The translations under genes were made by a program, and so were the position numbers. Of a stretch of DNA of 64,000 bases, positions 45,120-53,752 are shown in pieces. Numbering within the stretch: the stretch's first letter is position 1; each line of letters starts with the position of its first letter. The DNA is from Actinomycetota bacterium (GTDB taxonomy: Bacteria; Actinomycetota; UBA4738; HRBIN12). The notes beneath the pieces were generated by a model, which saw nothing but the letters and a program-made list of their open reading frames with translations, did no database searches and was not told where the DNA came from. The stretch spans positions 9,350-73,349 of the forward strand of contig DASUPO010000006.1 in NCBI GenBank assembly GCA_036281075.1. Direction: 5' to 3'.

Positions 45120-45784
45120 TCGTCGACCTCAGTGTGGTCATCGACGCCTCGACGCAGGGGCCGCCGGCGGCCGGCAGCCCGCCGGTCGTGCTCGAGACCA
45201 CCTTCCGCGGCCCGGGTCACTGGCAGTCGAGCCGGATCGCGGCCCTCCTCCACACCGGGTCGCACGTCGACGCGCCGCTCCACGTGATCGCGGACGGCAG
45301 GGCGATCGAGCGGCTGACGCTGGAGGAGCTGAGCGGCGAGACGTTCGTGATCGACGTCCACGACGCCGGCGAACGCGAAGCGATCGACGCCGACCGGCTG
45401 GCCCGCGCCGCCGGCGAGATCCTGCCCGGGGCGATCGTGGCCGTCCGGACCGACTGGACCGATCGATCGTGGGGGACGTTCCCCGACTACTACCTGCGCT
45501 CCCCGTTCCTGACCGAGGATGCGGGCCGATGGCTCGCGGCGCTCCGCCCACGGGCGGTCGTCGTCGACTTCTTCGAGGAGGAGTGTGCGGTCGGGACGGA
45601 GTTCACCTCGGAGGACTTCGTCGTGCACCGGGCGCTCCTGGGCGCTGACATCCCGATCGTGGAGCAGGCGACCCGCCTGGGCGTGGTCGGGTCCGACCCG
45701 TTCCTGCTGCGGACGGCCTTCGTGCGGCTCGCGGGCGTGGAGGCGGCGCCGTGCCGTCTCTACGCGGAGCTCCCGCCGGCCTGA
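45116..45784 (+). CDS. Cyclase-family protein (kynurenine formamidase-like)
   Basis: HTGSHVDAPLH motif, AIVAVRTDW. ATG 45116 overlaps the upstream stop (ATGA). Confidence 0.8.
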   Translation: MIVDLSVVIDASTQGPPAAGSPPVVLETTFRGPGHWQSSRIAALLHTGSHVDAPLHVIADGRAIERLTLEELSGETFVIDVHDAGEREAIDADRLARAAGEILPGAIVAVRTDWTDRSWGTFPDYYLRSPFLTEDAGRWLAALRPRAVVVDFFEEECAVGTEFTSEDFVVHRALLGADIPIVEQATRLGVVGSDPFLLRTAFVRLAGVEAAPCRLYAELPPA

Positions 45785-46188
45785 TCCGATCCGACCGTGG
45801 CGTCCGACGCCCGGGCCGCGACGAAGTCGACCTCGATCAGCCAGTCGGGGTGCGCGAGGCCGGCGACGAAGAACAGCGTGGATGCCGGCCGGTGACCACG
45901 GAGGACCTCCTCTCGCACCGCTCGGGCGGTCTGCAGGTCCTCCCGACGCACGAGCAGCATGTTGAGCTGCACGATGTCCGAGATCTCCATCCCGGCGCCG
46001 GCGAGGACCGACTCGACGTTGCGCCACAGGAGCCGGCACTGCTCCTCGATGTCCTGACCGATCCGTCCGTCGGTGTCGACGCCGGTCTGGCCGGCCCCGA
46101 ACACGAATCGAACGGGGCCCGGCACCTCGATCGCGTGCGAGTAGGTCCCGAACGGGCCGGCGACATCGGCCGGGTTGAACGCGCGCAT
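45760..46188 (-). CDS. RidA/YjgF/endoribonuclease L-PSP family protein
   Basis: 142 aa: GPFGTYSHAIEV...VFGAGQTG...IVQLNMLLV...IEVDFVA. Its 3' end overlaps the convergent cyclase gene by 25 nt. Confidence 0.75.
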   Translation of the reverse strand: MRAFNPADVAGPFGTYSHAIEVPGPVRFVFGAGQTGVDTDGRIGQDIEEQCRLLWRNVESVLAGAGMEISDIVQLNMLLVRREDLQTARAVREEVLRGHRPASTLFFVAGLAHPDWLIEVDFVAARASDATVGSDQAGGSSA

Positions 46189-46258
46189 CTCCCCTCGCTC
46201 CGGTGCCGGGCGGCACCCCTTCCCAGTATCGCTGCACGGTCGGGAACGGACCCGCGCC

Positions 46259-46264
46259 TAGCAT
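46259..46264 (+). promoter_or_regulatory. -10-like TAGCAT 6 nt upstream of the GT4 GTG start (possible leaderless mRNA)
   Basis: There is no purine-rich RBS before GTG 46271. TAGCAT fits TANNNT. No convincing -35. Confidence 0.3.
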
Positions 46265-46270
46265 GCGGAC

Positions 46271-47794
46271 GTGCGGATCCTCGTATGGCACGGCTGGCTC
46301 CTGGAGGGCTCGGGATCGAACGTCGCGACCGCGCGCATCGTCGAGGTCTGGCGGCGGGCGGGCCACGACGTGGTGCTCCTGTGCCAGGAACGGCACCCGG
46401 AGCGATACGCCTGGGTCGACGCGGCCGGGACGATCGACGCGGACGGCCCCTCGACGCCGCGTCCCAACCCGAACGCGTCCGACGCGCCGGGACGATGCCT
46501 GCTGCTCCGTCCGGTGATCGGCTCGCTCCTGCCCGTGTTCGTCGTGGACGCGTACGAGGGCTTCGAGCGGGTGCGTTCGTTCGTCGACCTGACCGACGAG
46601 GAGCTCGCCACCTACCTGCGCGTGAACGAGGAGGCGCTCCGCGCGGCCGCTGCGTCCCACCGCCCCGACGCCATCTTCGTCGGCCACGCGATCCCCGGCG
46701 GACCGATCGGCAGGCGCGCGTTGGGCGCCGGCGCCTACGTGGCGAAGATCCACGGCAGCGACCTCGAGTACGCGGTCCGCGCCCAAGACCGTTACCAGGT
46801 GCTCGCCGGGGAGGGGCTGGGCGGCGCCCGCGCGATCGTCGGCGCGAGCGCCGACGTGCTCGCGCGGGCGTCGGAGCTCGTGGCCGGGATCGAGGGGCTC
46901 GGCCGGGTCGTGGCGCCGGGGGTGGACGTCGCGGCGTTCCGTCCGCGCCCGGCCGAGGACTCGCTGCTCGACGTGGCGCGCCGCCTGGACGAGGACCCCG
47001 CGGTGGCGCGGGGCCGCCCATCGTCGATCGACGACGAGGTCGAGCGGGCGCTCAGCGCGAGGGACGCGGCGGCGATCGACGCCCTGATGGAGCGGTACGA
47101 CGAGTTCGCGCCCGAGCGCGACGTGGCGACCCGGCTCCGCGCCGTCGCGGCGCGGGCCGGCCCGACCGTCGGCTACCTCGGCAAGCTGATCCCCCAGAAG
47201 GGCGTGGAGCACTTCCTCGAGGCGCGCACGGCCCTCCGGCACGATCCCGCGACCGTGGTGGTCGGGCCGGGGTCGGGCCGTGAATGGCTCGCCGCGCTCT
47301 CGATCGCGCTGCGCCGCGGCGACCGTCCGGCGATCGAGTGGCTCCGCACGGAGGGCGGGCTGCCCCTCGATCCCGCCGCCGTGCGCGGCCCCGCGCCGGA
47401 CCTCGACGTCGCGTTCACCGGCCTGCTCGATCACCGGTACGCGCCGGGCGTCCTCGCGGCGCTGGACGTGCAGGTCGTTCCGTCGATCCTGACGGAAGCG
47501 TTCGGCATGGTCGCCGCCGAGGGGGCCGCGGCCGGGGCGCTCCCGGTCGTGGCCCGCCACTCGGGCCTGGCCGAGGTCGCGGCCGCGCTGGAGGCCGAGG
47601 TCGGACGGCCGGGCCTGTTCTCGTTCGAGCCGGGCGAGGGGACGGTCGGCCGCCTGGCCCGCGCGATCGACCGACTGCTCTCGCTGCCGAGCGAGGAACG
47701 CCGGGAGCTGCGCGACGCCGTGAGCTCGTTCGTGGCGACCCACTGGACGTGGGAGCGCTCGGCGGCGAGGCTGCTCGCCGCCGCCGAGGCCTGA
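46271..47794 (+). CDS. Glycosyltransferase, GT4 (GT-B, group 1)
   Basis: MRILVWHGWLLEGSGSNV..., GKLIPQKGVEHF, VVPSILTEAFGMVAAEGAAAG (E-x7-E). Confidence 0.85.
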   Translation: MRILVWHGWLLEGSGSNVATARIVEVWRRAGHDVVLLCQERHPERYAWVDAAGTIDADGPSTPRPNPNASDAPGRCLLLRPVIGSLLPVFVVDAYEGFERVRSFVDLTDEELATYLRVNEEALRAAAASHRPDAIFVGHAIPGGPIGRRALGAGAYVAKIHGSDLEYAVRAQDRYQVLAGEGLGGARAIVGASADVLARASELVAGIEGLGRVVAPGVDVAAFRPRPAEDSLLDVARRLDEDPAVARGRPSSIDDEVERALSARDAAAIDALMERYDEFAPERDVATRLRAVAARAGPTVGYLGKLIPQKGVEHFLEARTALRHDPATVVVGPGSGREWLAALSIALRRGDRPAIEWLRTEGGLPLDPAAVRGPAPDLDVAFTGLLDHRYAPGVLAALDVQVVPSILTEAFGMVAAEGAAAGALPVVARHSGLAEVAAALEAEVGRPGLFSFEPGEGTVGRLARAIDRLLSLPSEERRELRDAVSSFVATHWTWERSAARLLAAAEA

Positions 47795-47805
47795 GCCTTC
47801 AGGTC
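47788..47805. terminator. Short stem-loop spanning both stop codons of the convergent GT4 and methyltransferase genes
   Basis: GGCCTGA-gcct-TCAGGTC forms 7 bp including one G.U. Confidence 0.35.
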
Positions 47806-48569
47806 GCCTTGCGGGCTCGCCACACCTCCTCGACGGGCCACCGCCGCGACCAGGCCGCCGTCGCCAGCGGATCCGTCGGCGACTTCGCGCCCTCGGGCGC
47901 GCGGACCTCGACCAGGTCCTCGACCAGGAACCCGCTCCCGCGCAGCAGCCGGATCAGGTCGCCGTGGCCGATCGCGAACTCGACCGCGCCGTCGGCGTCG
48001 GGCCACTCGAACCGGTGCATCCCGAAGTGATCGCGCTGGAGCCGGTCGCTGGCCGGGAGGTCCTCGTCCGGGAACGTCAGCATCGCGAGGGAGGAGTGCC
48101 CGAGGAACACGAGCGTGCCGCCCGGTCGTAGGATCCTCGACGCCTCCGGGATCCATCGGTACGGGTCGCACCAGATCGCGGCCCCGTACTCGGAGATCGC
48201 GAGGTCGAAGCTCGCGGCGCGGAACGGGGTCCGCTCCGCGTCGCCGTGGACCAGCGCGAACGGCAGCTCGAACTCCACCTGGAACGAGCTCGCGGTCGCG
48301 AGCTGCCGGCTCGAGTTGTCCAACCCGACGGGACGCGCGCCGCGGCGCGCGAGCCACGACGAGACGTAGGCGGTGCCGCAGCCGAGCTCCACGGTCTCGA
48401 GGCCCCGGATGTCCGGGAGCAGCCGGAGGTCGGACTCGGGGACCTGCCAGATCCCCCACCTCGGCTCCGCGCTCGCCCACAGGACCCGGCCGCGGTCGAC
48501 CCAGCTGTCCGCGTCCGCGTCCCACGACGCGCGGTTCGCGAGCACGTGATCGGGGGTGTCCTCTCGCAT
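47799..48569 (-). CDS. Class I SAM-dependent methyltransferase
   Basis: VELGCGTAYVSSWLARRGARPVGLDNS (motif I), ILRPGGTLVF. ATG 48569 (MREDTPDH). Confidence 0.8.
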   Translation of the reverse strand: MREDTPDHVLANRASWDADADSWVDRGRVLWASAEPRWGIWQVPESDLRLLPDIRGLETVELGCGTAYVSSWLARRGARPVGLDNSSRQLATASSFQVEFELPFALVHGDAERTPFRAASFDLAISEYGAAIWCDPYRWIPEASRILRPGGTLVFLGHSSLAMLTFPDEDLPASDRLQRDHFGMHRFEWPDADGAVEFAIGHGDLIRLLRGSGFLVEDLVEVRAPEGAKSPTDPLATAAWSRRWPVEEVWRARKAT

Positions 48570-48624
48570 CGGCGGCCACGATAGCGGGGCGTCGACGGCG
48601 CTCGTGTGCGGAGGACCGGAGGTT

Positions 48625-48636
48625 CCGGTATACCGG
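48625..48636. promoter_or_regulatory. Perfect 12-bp palindrome CCGGTATACCGG in a divergent intergenic region (candidate operator)
   Basis: It lies between the methyltransferase start (48569, -) and the acidic-protein start (48661, +). Its TATAC core is the only AT patch in this spacer. Confidence 0.4.
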
Positions 48637-48660
48637 TGGCGGGAGAGAGGAGGACCGGAC

Positions 48661-48894
48661 GTGGACGACACGACGACGAAGGAGCTCACGGACGACGAGA
48701 TCCGGACGGTGATGCCGGGATCCGGCGTCGCCCCGGCGGCCGAGACCGACCCGGACACGATGGGCGGTGACGGCGCCGACGGCGACACCACGGATCAGAC
48801 GGACGGCGACTCCGGCGACCAGGACGGGACCGACGGCAAGGACGCCGACGGCACGGACTCCGGCGACATGGACGGGACCGACAGCAGCTCGTGA
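48661..48894 (+). CDS. Small acidic Asp/Gly/Thr-repeat protein (hypothetical)
   Basis: GTG 48661 follows GAGAGAGGAGGA. 77 aa ending ...GGDGADGDTTDQTDGDSGDQDGTDGKDADGTDSGDMDGTDSSS. Its stop overlaps the GTG of the next gene (GTGA). Confidence 0.45.
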   Translation: MDDTTTKELTDDEIRTVMPGSGVAPAAETDPDTMGGDGADGDTTDQTDGDSGDQDGTDGKDADGTDSGDMDGTDSSS

Positions 48895-50087
48895 CCGTCG
48901 GCACGCTCGATCGAGTCCGGGCCGGACGCGGGCCCCTCGAGCGGTGCACCGGCGATCCCCGGTCGTTCCTCACGGACGACTGGGGGCGGCGGGCGGCGGT
49001 CCGCCTTGGCGGACGGCCGCCCGCCGACTTCCAGGACCTGCTCTCGCTCGACGACGTCGATCGGTTCCTCACGACGACCGCGCTCCGCACGCCGTTCTTC
49101 CGCCTGGTGCGGGCCGGCGAGCGGATCCCCGAGGCGTCCTACACTCGCACGGGCCGCACCGGCTCCCGCGACGTGGGCGGGATCGCGGACCCCGCGCGCG
49201 TCGCCGCGCTGTTCGAGGACGGCGCGACGATCGTCCTGCAGGGCCTGCATCGCTGGTCCGAGCCCGTCGCGCGGTTCTGTCGCGACCTCGAGCTCGAGCT
49301 CGGGCACCCGTGTCAGCTCAACGCGTACGTGACGCCGCCCGGCGCGCAGGGACTCGAGCTGCACGAGGACGCCCACGACGTCTTCGTGCTGCAGGCGTTC
49401 GGCCGGAAGCGGTGGGAGCTCCACGCCGCGCCCCGCGAGGACCCGCGGGATCCGCACGACGTCGAGCTGGCGGCCGGCGGCACGATCTACCTACCCGCCG
49501 GAACGCCGCACGCCGCCCGGGCGCAGGACGTGCTGTCCGGGCACCTCACCGTCGGCGTCCACGTGACCTCGTGGCGGGACGTGCTGTCCGGGGTCATCGG
49601 GAGGATCACGGCGCTCGACGACGCCGCCGTTCCCGCCGGCTGGCTCGACGACGTCGCCGGGTTCGCGGACGAGCTGCGGGGGCGGCTCGCGGCGCTCGCC
49701 GGCGCGCTCGACGCCGTGGACGTCCGGGCCGTGGCCGGCGAGCGCCGCGAGCGGTTCCTCTCGAACCGCGCCCAGCTCGCGCGCGGGACGATCGCGGAGC
49801 GGACGGCCCCGATCGAGGTGGACGACGACGCCGTGGTGGCCCGGCGGGCCGGCTCCCTGTGCGAGCTCGTCCCGCATCACGACGTCCTCGTCGCGCTCCT
49901 CGGGGACCGGCGGCTCGAGATGCCTCCGCGGCTCGAGGGCGCGATGCGACGCGTCGCCGACCTCGAGGAGGGATCGGAGCTCGTCGTCCGCGACCTCGCG
50001 GCGGACCTGCCCGGCGCGGCGAGCCGCGCCGTGCTGGTCCGCCGCCTCGTCCGCGAAGGCCTCCTCACGATCCGCGGCGGGCGCTGA
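48891..50087 (+). CDS. JmjC / cupin-4 family Fe(II)-2OG oxygenase-like protein (RoxA/YcfD-like)
   Basis: ATIVLQGLHRW...CQLNAYVTPPGAQGLELHEDAHDVFVLQAFGRKRWELH...IYLPAGTPHAA, an HxD...H facial-triad pattern. Confidence 0.7.
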   Translation: MTVGTLDRVRAGRGPLERCTGDPRSFLTDDWGRRAAVRLGGRPPADFQDLLSLDDVDRFLTTTALRTPFFRLVRAGERIPEASYTRTGRTGSRDVGGIADPARVAALFEDGATIVLQGLHRWSEPVARFCRDLELELGHPCQLNAYVTPPGAQGLELHEDAHDVFVLQAFGRKRWELHAAPREDPRDPHDVELAAGGTIYLPAGTPHAARAQDVLSGHLTVGVHVTSWRDVLSGVIGRITALDDAAVPAGWLDDVAGFADELRGRLAALAGALDAVDVRAVAGERRERFLSNRAQLARGTIAERTAPIEVDDDAVVARRAGSLCELVPHHDVLVALLGDRRLEMPPRLEGAMRRVADLEEGSELVVRDLAADLPGAASRAVLVRRLVREGLLTIRGGR

Positions 50088-50094
50088 ACCGCGC

Positions 50095-50997
50095 GTGCGG
50101 ATGCCGTCGGACGAAGACCGCTGTTCGCTGCGGAGCCTCGCCGCGCACGAGCCGCTCGTCGGCACGGCCTCGACGATCCGCCACTGGCTGCTCGTCGAGT
50201 CCGAGGGGCCGTGGGGCCGTGACGGTCTGCGTGACGCGCGGCTCCCGGCCGGCCTCGGCGACGAGCTCCGCGCCCTCGAGCGCCGCACGGACGCGCGCGT
50301 CCTGCTGATCAGGAAGCCCGACCGGCGACCGGCGCGCGACGACGGCCGCCGGTCGTGCGTGGCCGTCGACACGCGGGACGGGTGGCTCGGCTCGCGGCCG
50401 CTCGACCGGATCGAGGAGGCGACCCGGCTCGACCCGCGCGATCGTTCGGCGTTCGAACCGGCCTCGGATCCGGTGTTCGTCGTGTGCACCCACGGTCGTC
50501 GCGATCCCTGCTGCGCGGAGCAGGGCCGCCCGCTCTCGGAACGCCTGGGTGCCACGTCGCGCGACGTTGCCTGGGAGAGCACGCACGTCGGCGGGGATCG
50601 GTTCGCCGCGAACCTCGTCGCCTTCCCGCACGGCCTCTACTTCGGCAGGGTCGAGCCCGACGAAGGCCCGACGCTCGTCGACGCGTATGCGGACGGCCGC
50701 ATCGCGCCGCTCGGACGCTACCGGGGACGCGCGTGCCATCGGCGCCACGTCCAGGCCGCCGAGCGCGATCTCCGAGCTGACCTCGGGATCGATCGGATCG
50801 ACGCGATCCGACCCCTGCGGGCGAGCCGTCGGGGCGACGAGGCGGATGTCGTGTTCTCGACGCCCAGGGGCGACGTCCGGGTGCGGCTCGAGCGCTCTCC
50901 CGGGACGCCGCTGCGCCTCACGTGTCACGCGGACGCCGAGGAGACGCCCGCCGTCTGGCGCACGGGCGCGATCGAGCTCACCGAGGCGACCGGCTAG
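50095..50997 (+). CDS. Sucrase/ferredoxin-like (Suc_Fer-like, thioredoxin-fold) protein
   Basis: EPLVGTAS...WLLVE..GPWG, VFVVCTHGRRDPCCA, THVGGDRFAANLV. Confidence 0.7.
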   Translation: MRMPSDEDRCSLRSLAAHEPLVGTASTIRHWLLVESEGPWGRDGLRDARLPAGLGDELRALERRTDARVLLIRKPDRRPARDDGRRSCVAVDTRDGWLGSRPLDRIEEATRLDPRDRSAFEPASDPVFVVCTHGRRDPCCAEQGRPLSERLGATSRDVAWESTHVGGDRFAANLVAFPHGLYFGRVEPDEGPTLVDAYADGRIAPLGRYRGRACHRRHVQAAERDLRADLGIDRIDAIRPLRASRRGDEADVVFSTPRGDVRVRLERSPGTPLRLTCHADAEETPAVWRTGAIELTEATG

Positions 50998-52976
50998 CTA
51001 ACGATCCAGCGGTCGATCGCGACGCCGTTCCCCGCGCTCGCGGCGCGATGGGTGCCGAGCACCTGGACCCTGACGGTGTGGGAGCCGTCGACGAGCCCGG
51101 CGGCGAGCCGCACGAGCGCGAACGGGGACGACGACCGGTACAGGTCGACGACCTTCACGAGCGACCCGTCGACCCACACGGACGCCCGGCCCATCGCCGG
51201 ACCGCGCCGGACGCGGACCGACACGCCGGTGCCCTGGAAGGTGAGGCTCGCGATCGCGTCGCGCACCTCGCTGATCGCGTAGGTTCCCCCGCCGGCGGCC
51301 CCGTTCGCGACCGGCGCCCACGTGGACGCCGAGGGCGTCGGATCGGTCTTCGTGGTGCCCCCCCACCGCAGCGCGTCGACGGTCACGCGCGTGCCGGTGG
51401 CCGCGTTCCGCCTCGTCCCGAGCACCTCCAGCGTGAGCGTGTGCGAACCCGGGCCGAGCTCGGTGAACCGGTGCCGGACGCTCCGCGGGGTCGGCGCGTA
51501 GCCGTCCAGCGTCGCCACCGGCGACCCGTCGATCGAGATCCGGCCGCGACCCATCGCCGGCCCTCGGACCGTGAACACCGACACGGAGCCGCCGGAGAAG
51601 GCGAAGCTCGTGGTCGCGCCGGCCCGCCGCTCCCAGCGGTACGAGCCGCCGAGCGCGACCGCCTGCACCGCGCGGCCCCAGCGGAACCGGGTGCCCGCCC
51701 CGTCCTGCTCGACGCTGACGATCGACGGGAACGTGGCCGTCCCGTGCCACGGCGCGGACACCGTGAAGGAGCAGACGGGATCCGTGCCGGCGCACGAGCC
51801 GTCCCATCCCGTGAACGCCGACGCCGCATCGGGCGTGGCCGTCAGGGTCACGGTGCTGCCGACCGGGAACGCGGCGGCGCACGTCGTGCCGCAGTCCACG
51901 CGCGACGGCACGGACGTCACAATCCCGTCGCCGGTCCCCGGCCGCTCGACCTCGACGGGATACCCGAACACGGCCGAGGCCGACCTCGATCCGAGCATCG
52001 TGACGTCACAGGTGGGGGACGTCCCGGAGGCCGCGCACGTGCCCGTCCACCGCAGCAGCGTCGCGCCGGGACCCGGCGTGGCCGTGAGCGTGATCGTCGC
52101 GTCGGGGTTCGCGAGACGGGAGCACTCCGCGGCGGCGCCGCCGCAGCTGATCCGGGGGCCCGTGATCGCGCCGCCGAGCGGGGGCGCCACCGTGAACGAC
52201 GCGATCCTTCCCCGCTGGAGGGTCGAGCCGTTGAAGCGATCGCGGTCGACGTCGCCGACGATGCCGGCAACCGACCCCGTGGCCGTCCACTGCCAGAAGG
52301 TCCATCCCCGACCGCCCCAGTTCCTGGCCGGCACGCTGGGCGATGACACCCCCCAGTGTGCGATCCAGAGCGGATAGCCGTGCTCCGCGAACTAGGTCGC
52401 GTCGCCCATGTTCGTCCGCCAGAAGTACGGGCTCGAGTACATCATCGGGAGCACGCCGGTCCGCGCCCGCACGCGCTGCACCCACGCCCGGACCCAGTCC
52501 TGCATCTCCTCCACGTTCAGGCCGTGCGTCTGCTCGATGTCGAGGACGGGCAGGATGTCCCCCGCGGCGACCTGCGCGGTGTCGACGAAATGGTCCGCCT
52601 CGTTCACCGCGTCGTTCGTCGCGCGTCCCACGTTCGCCCGGCGGTACGCGCCGACGACGAGCCCGTTCGCCGTTGCCTCCGCCAGGTATCCGAGATATCT
52701 CGAGTCGATCGACCGCGGCACGGTCGCCGTGTTCCCGATCGTCGCCCGCATGACCACGTACCTGGTGGTCGTGGTCGCAACCTCGGCCCAATCGACGTCG
52801 CCCTGCCACTTCGAGACGTCGATCCCGGGCACCCGGGTGACGGCCGGCGCGGCCCCCGCGCGGACCGCGATCGCCGTCGGAGCCAGCGTCGCGAGCGTCA
52901 GCGTCCCGACCGCGAGCGCGCGTCGGCGGATCGTGCGCACGCTCGGTCGAACCACCCCGTTGCCCCTATGTGACAA
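50994..52976 (-). pseudogene. Secreted GH25 muramidase with two InlB-B-repeat-like modules and two CBM-like repeats, interrupted by one in-frame TAG (52392-52394)
   Basis: Track ORFs 52392..52976 and 50994..52349 are in the same frame. The read-through gives ...YSSPYFWRTNMGDAT-TAG-FAEHGYPLWIAHWGVSSPSVPARNWGGRGWTFWQWT...VDRDRFNG, so the stop falls inside the GH25 barrel. The N-terminus has an RRR signal-like peptide and PGIDVSKWQG. Confidence 0.6.
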
Positions 52977-53019
52977 CCTTAGCGGCCCTCGGCGCGCAGA
53001 CCAGCGCTACGCTGGCCCG

Positions 53020-53229
53020 ATGCTCGGCGAGGAGGAGGCCGTGGTCCTCGAGGTCCGATCGTTCGACCTGCACGGCGTGAAGTACGCGGACGTCGCGGTC
53101 GGCCTGCGGGATCGATCCGTGCAGGAGGCACGCCTCGGTCCGGAGAGCGTCCCGGAGGATCTCGCGAAGGGCGAGCGCGTGCTCGTCACCCGCGTCGCGA
53201 ACATGGTCGTCTCGATCCGGCGACCCTGA
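53020..53229 (+). CDS. Hypothetical small protein (69 aa)
   Basis: High third-position GC in this frame only (atg ctc ggc gag gag gag gcc gtg...). No recognisable motif and no clear RBS. Confidence 0.35.
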   Translation: MLGEEEAVVLEVRSFDLHGVKYADVAVGLRDRSVQEARLGPESVPEDLAKGERVLVTRVANMVVSIRRP

Positions 53230-53254
53230 CCGCGTCCGGAGGGCGTCGGCGCCG

Positions 53255-53698
53255 TCACCGTTTCAGTGTCAGCGCGGCGCCTCCCGCGACCAGCAACAGG
53301 CCGAGCAGTCGCGTCAGCGAAACCGGGATCCGCGGGGAGCCGAACCAGCCGAACGCGTCGATCAGCGCGCCGGCTACGAGCTGGCCCGCGATCAGGAGCG
53401 CGACGGTCGCGAACGTTCCGATCCGCGGAGGCGCGTACGCGATCGCGACGACGATCAGCGCCCCGAAGACGCCGCCGAGCCACAACCACGGAGGCTCGCG
53501 TGTCGCGGCCGCGATCGTCGCCCCCCGTCCGAGCGCCAGCGCGAGCGCGACCACGAGGATCGCCGCGACGATCACCCCGAAGCCCGCGGCTCCGAACGTC
53601 CCGATGCGCCGCCCCAGCGCTCCCGAAATCGCGGCCTGCGCGGCGCCGGCCACACCGGCGACCAGGGAGAAGACGACCGCGATCTGCGTGCCTGTCAC
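53255..53698 (-). CDS. DMT-superfamily small membrane protein (YdcZ/DUF606-like)
   Basis: 147 aa with 5 hydrophobic helices and a ...IAGQLVAGALIDAFGWFG... motif. Confidence 0.7.
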   Translation of the reverse strand: MTGTQIAVVFSLVAGVAGAAQAAISGALGRRIGTFGAAGFGVIVAAILVVALALALGRGATIAAATREPPWLWLGGVFGALIVVAIAYAPPRIGTFATVALLIAGQLVAGALIDAFGWFGSPRIPVSLTRLLGLLLVAGGAALTLKR

Positions 53699-53752
53699 GG
53701 ACCGGAGGCTACCCGAGGCGGTCCCCGATCCCCCCGAACGTCGTTGGATCGA

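Noticed and set aside
45068-47743. An 891-aa minus-strand ORF, plus similar giants: 58653..61064 (-), 58370..60778 (+), 53744..55969 (+), 35879..38086 (+) upstream parts, and 266..1534 (+).
   Set aside because: The products are Arg/Pro/Gly/Ala-rich with no motifs. They lie antisense or out of frame to ORFs that have clear domain signatures and high GC3. These are typical shadow ORFs of high-GC DNA, where stop codons are rare. Only the motif-bearing 3' portions were kept, with starts relocated.
52392-52394. The in-frame TAG in the GH25 gene as a pyrrolysine codon.
   Set aside because: No pyl genes are visible. Pyl is not expected in this kind of high-GC aerobic-type actinobacterial context, and there is no PYLIS-like feature. 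A nonsense mutation or base-call error is far more likely.
53007-53489. A 160-aa minus-strand ORF overlapping the small plus-strand ORF and the DUF606 gene end.
   Set aside because: The product is extremely Arg-rich with low GC3 in that frame. It overlaps better-supported genes.
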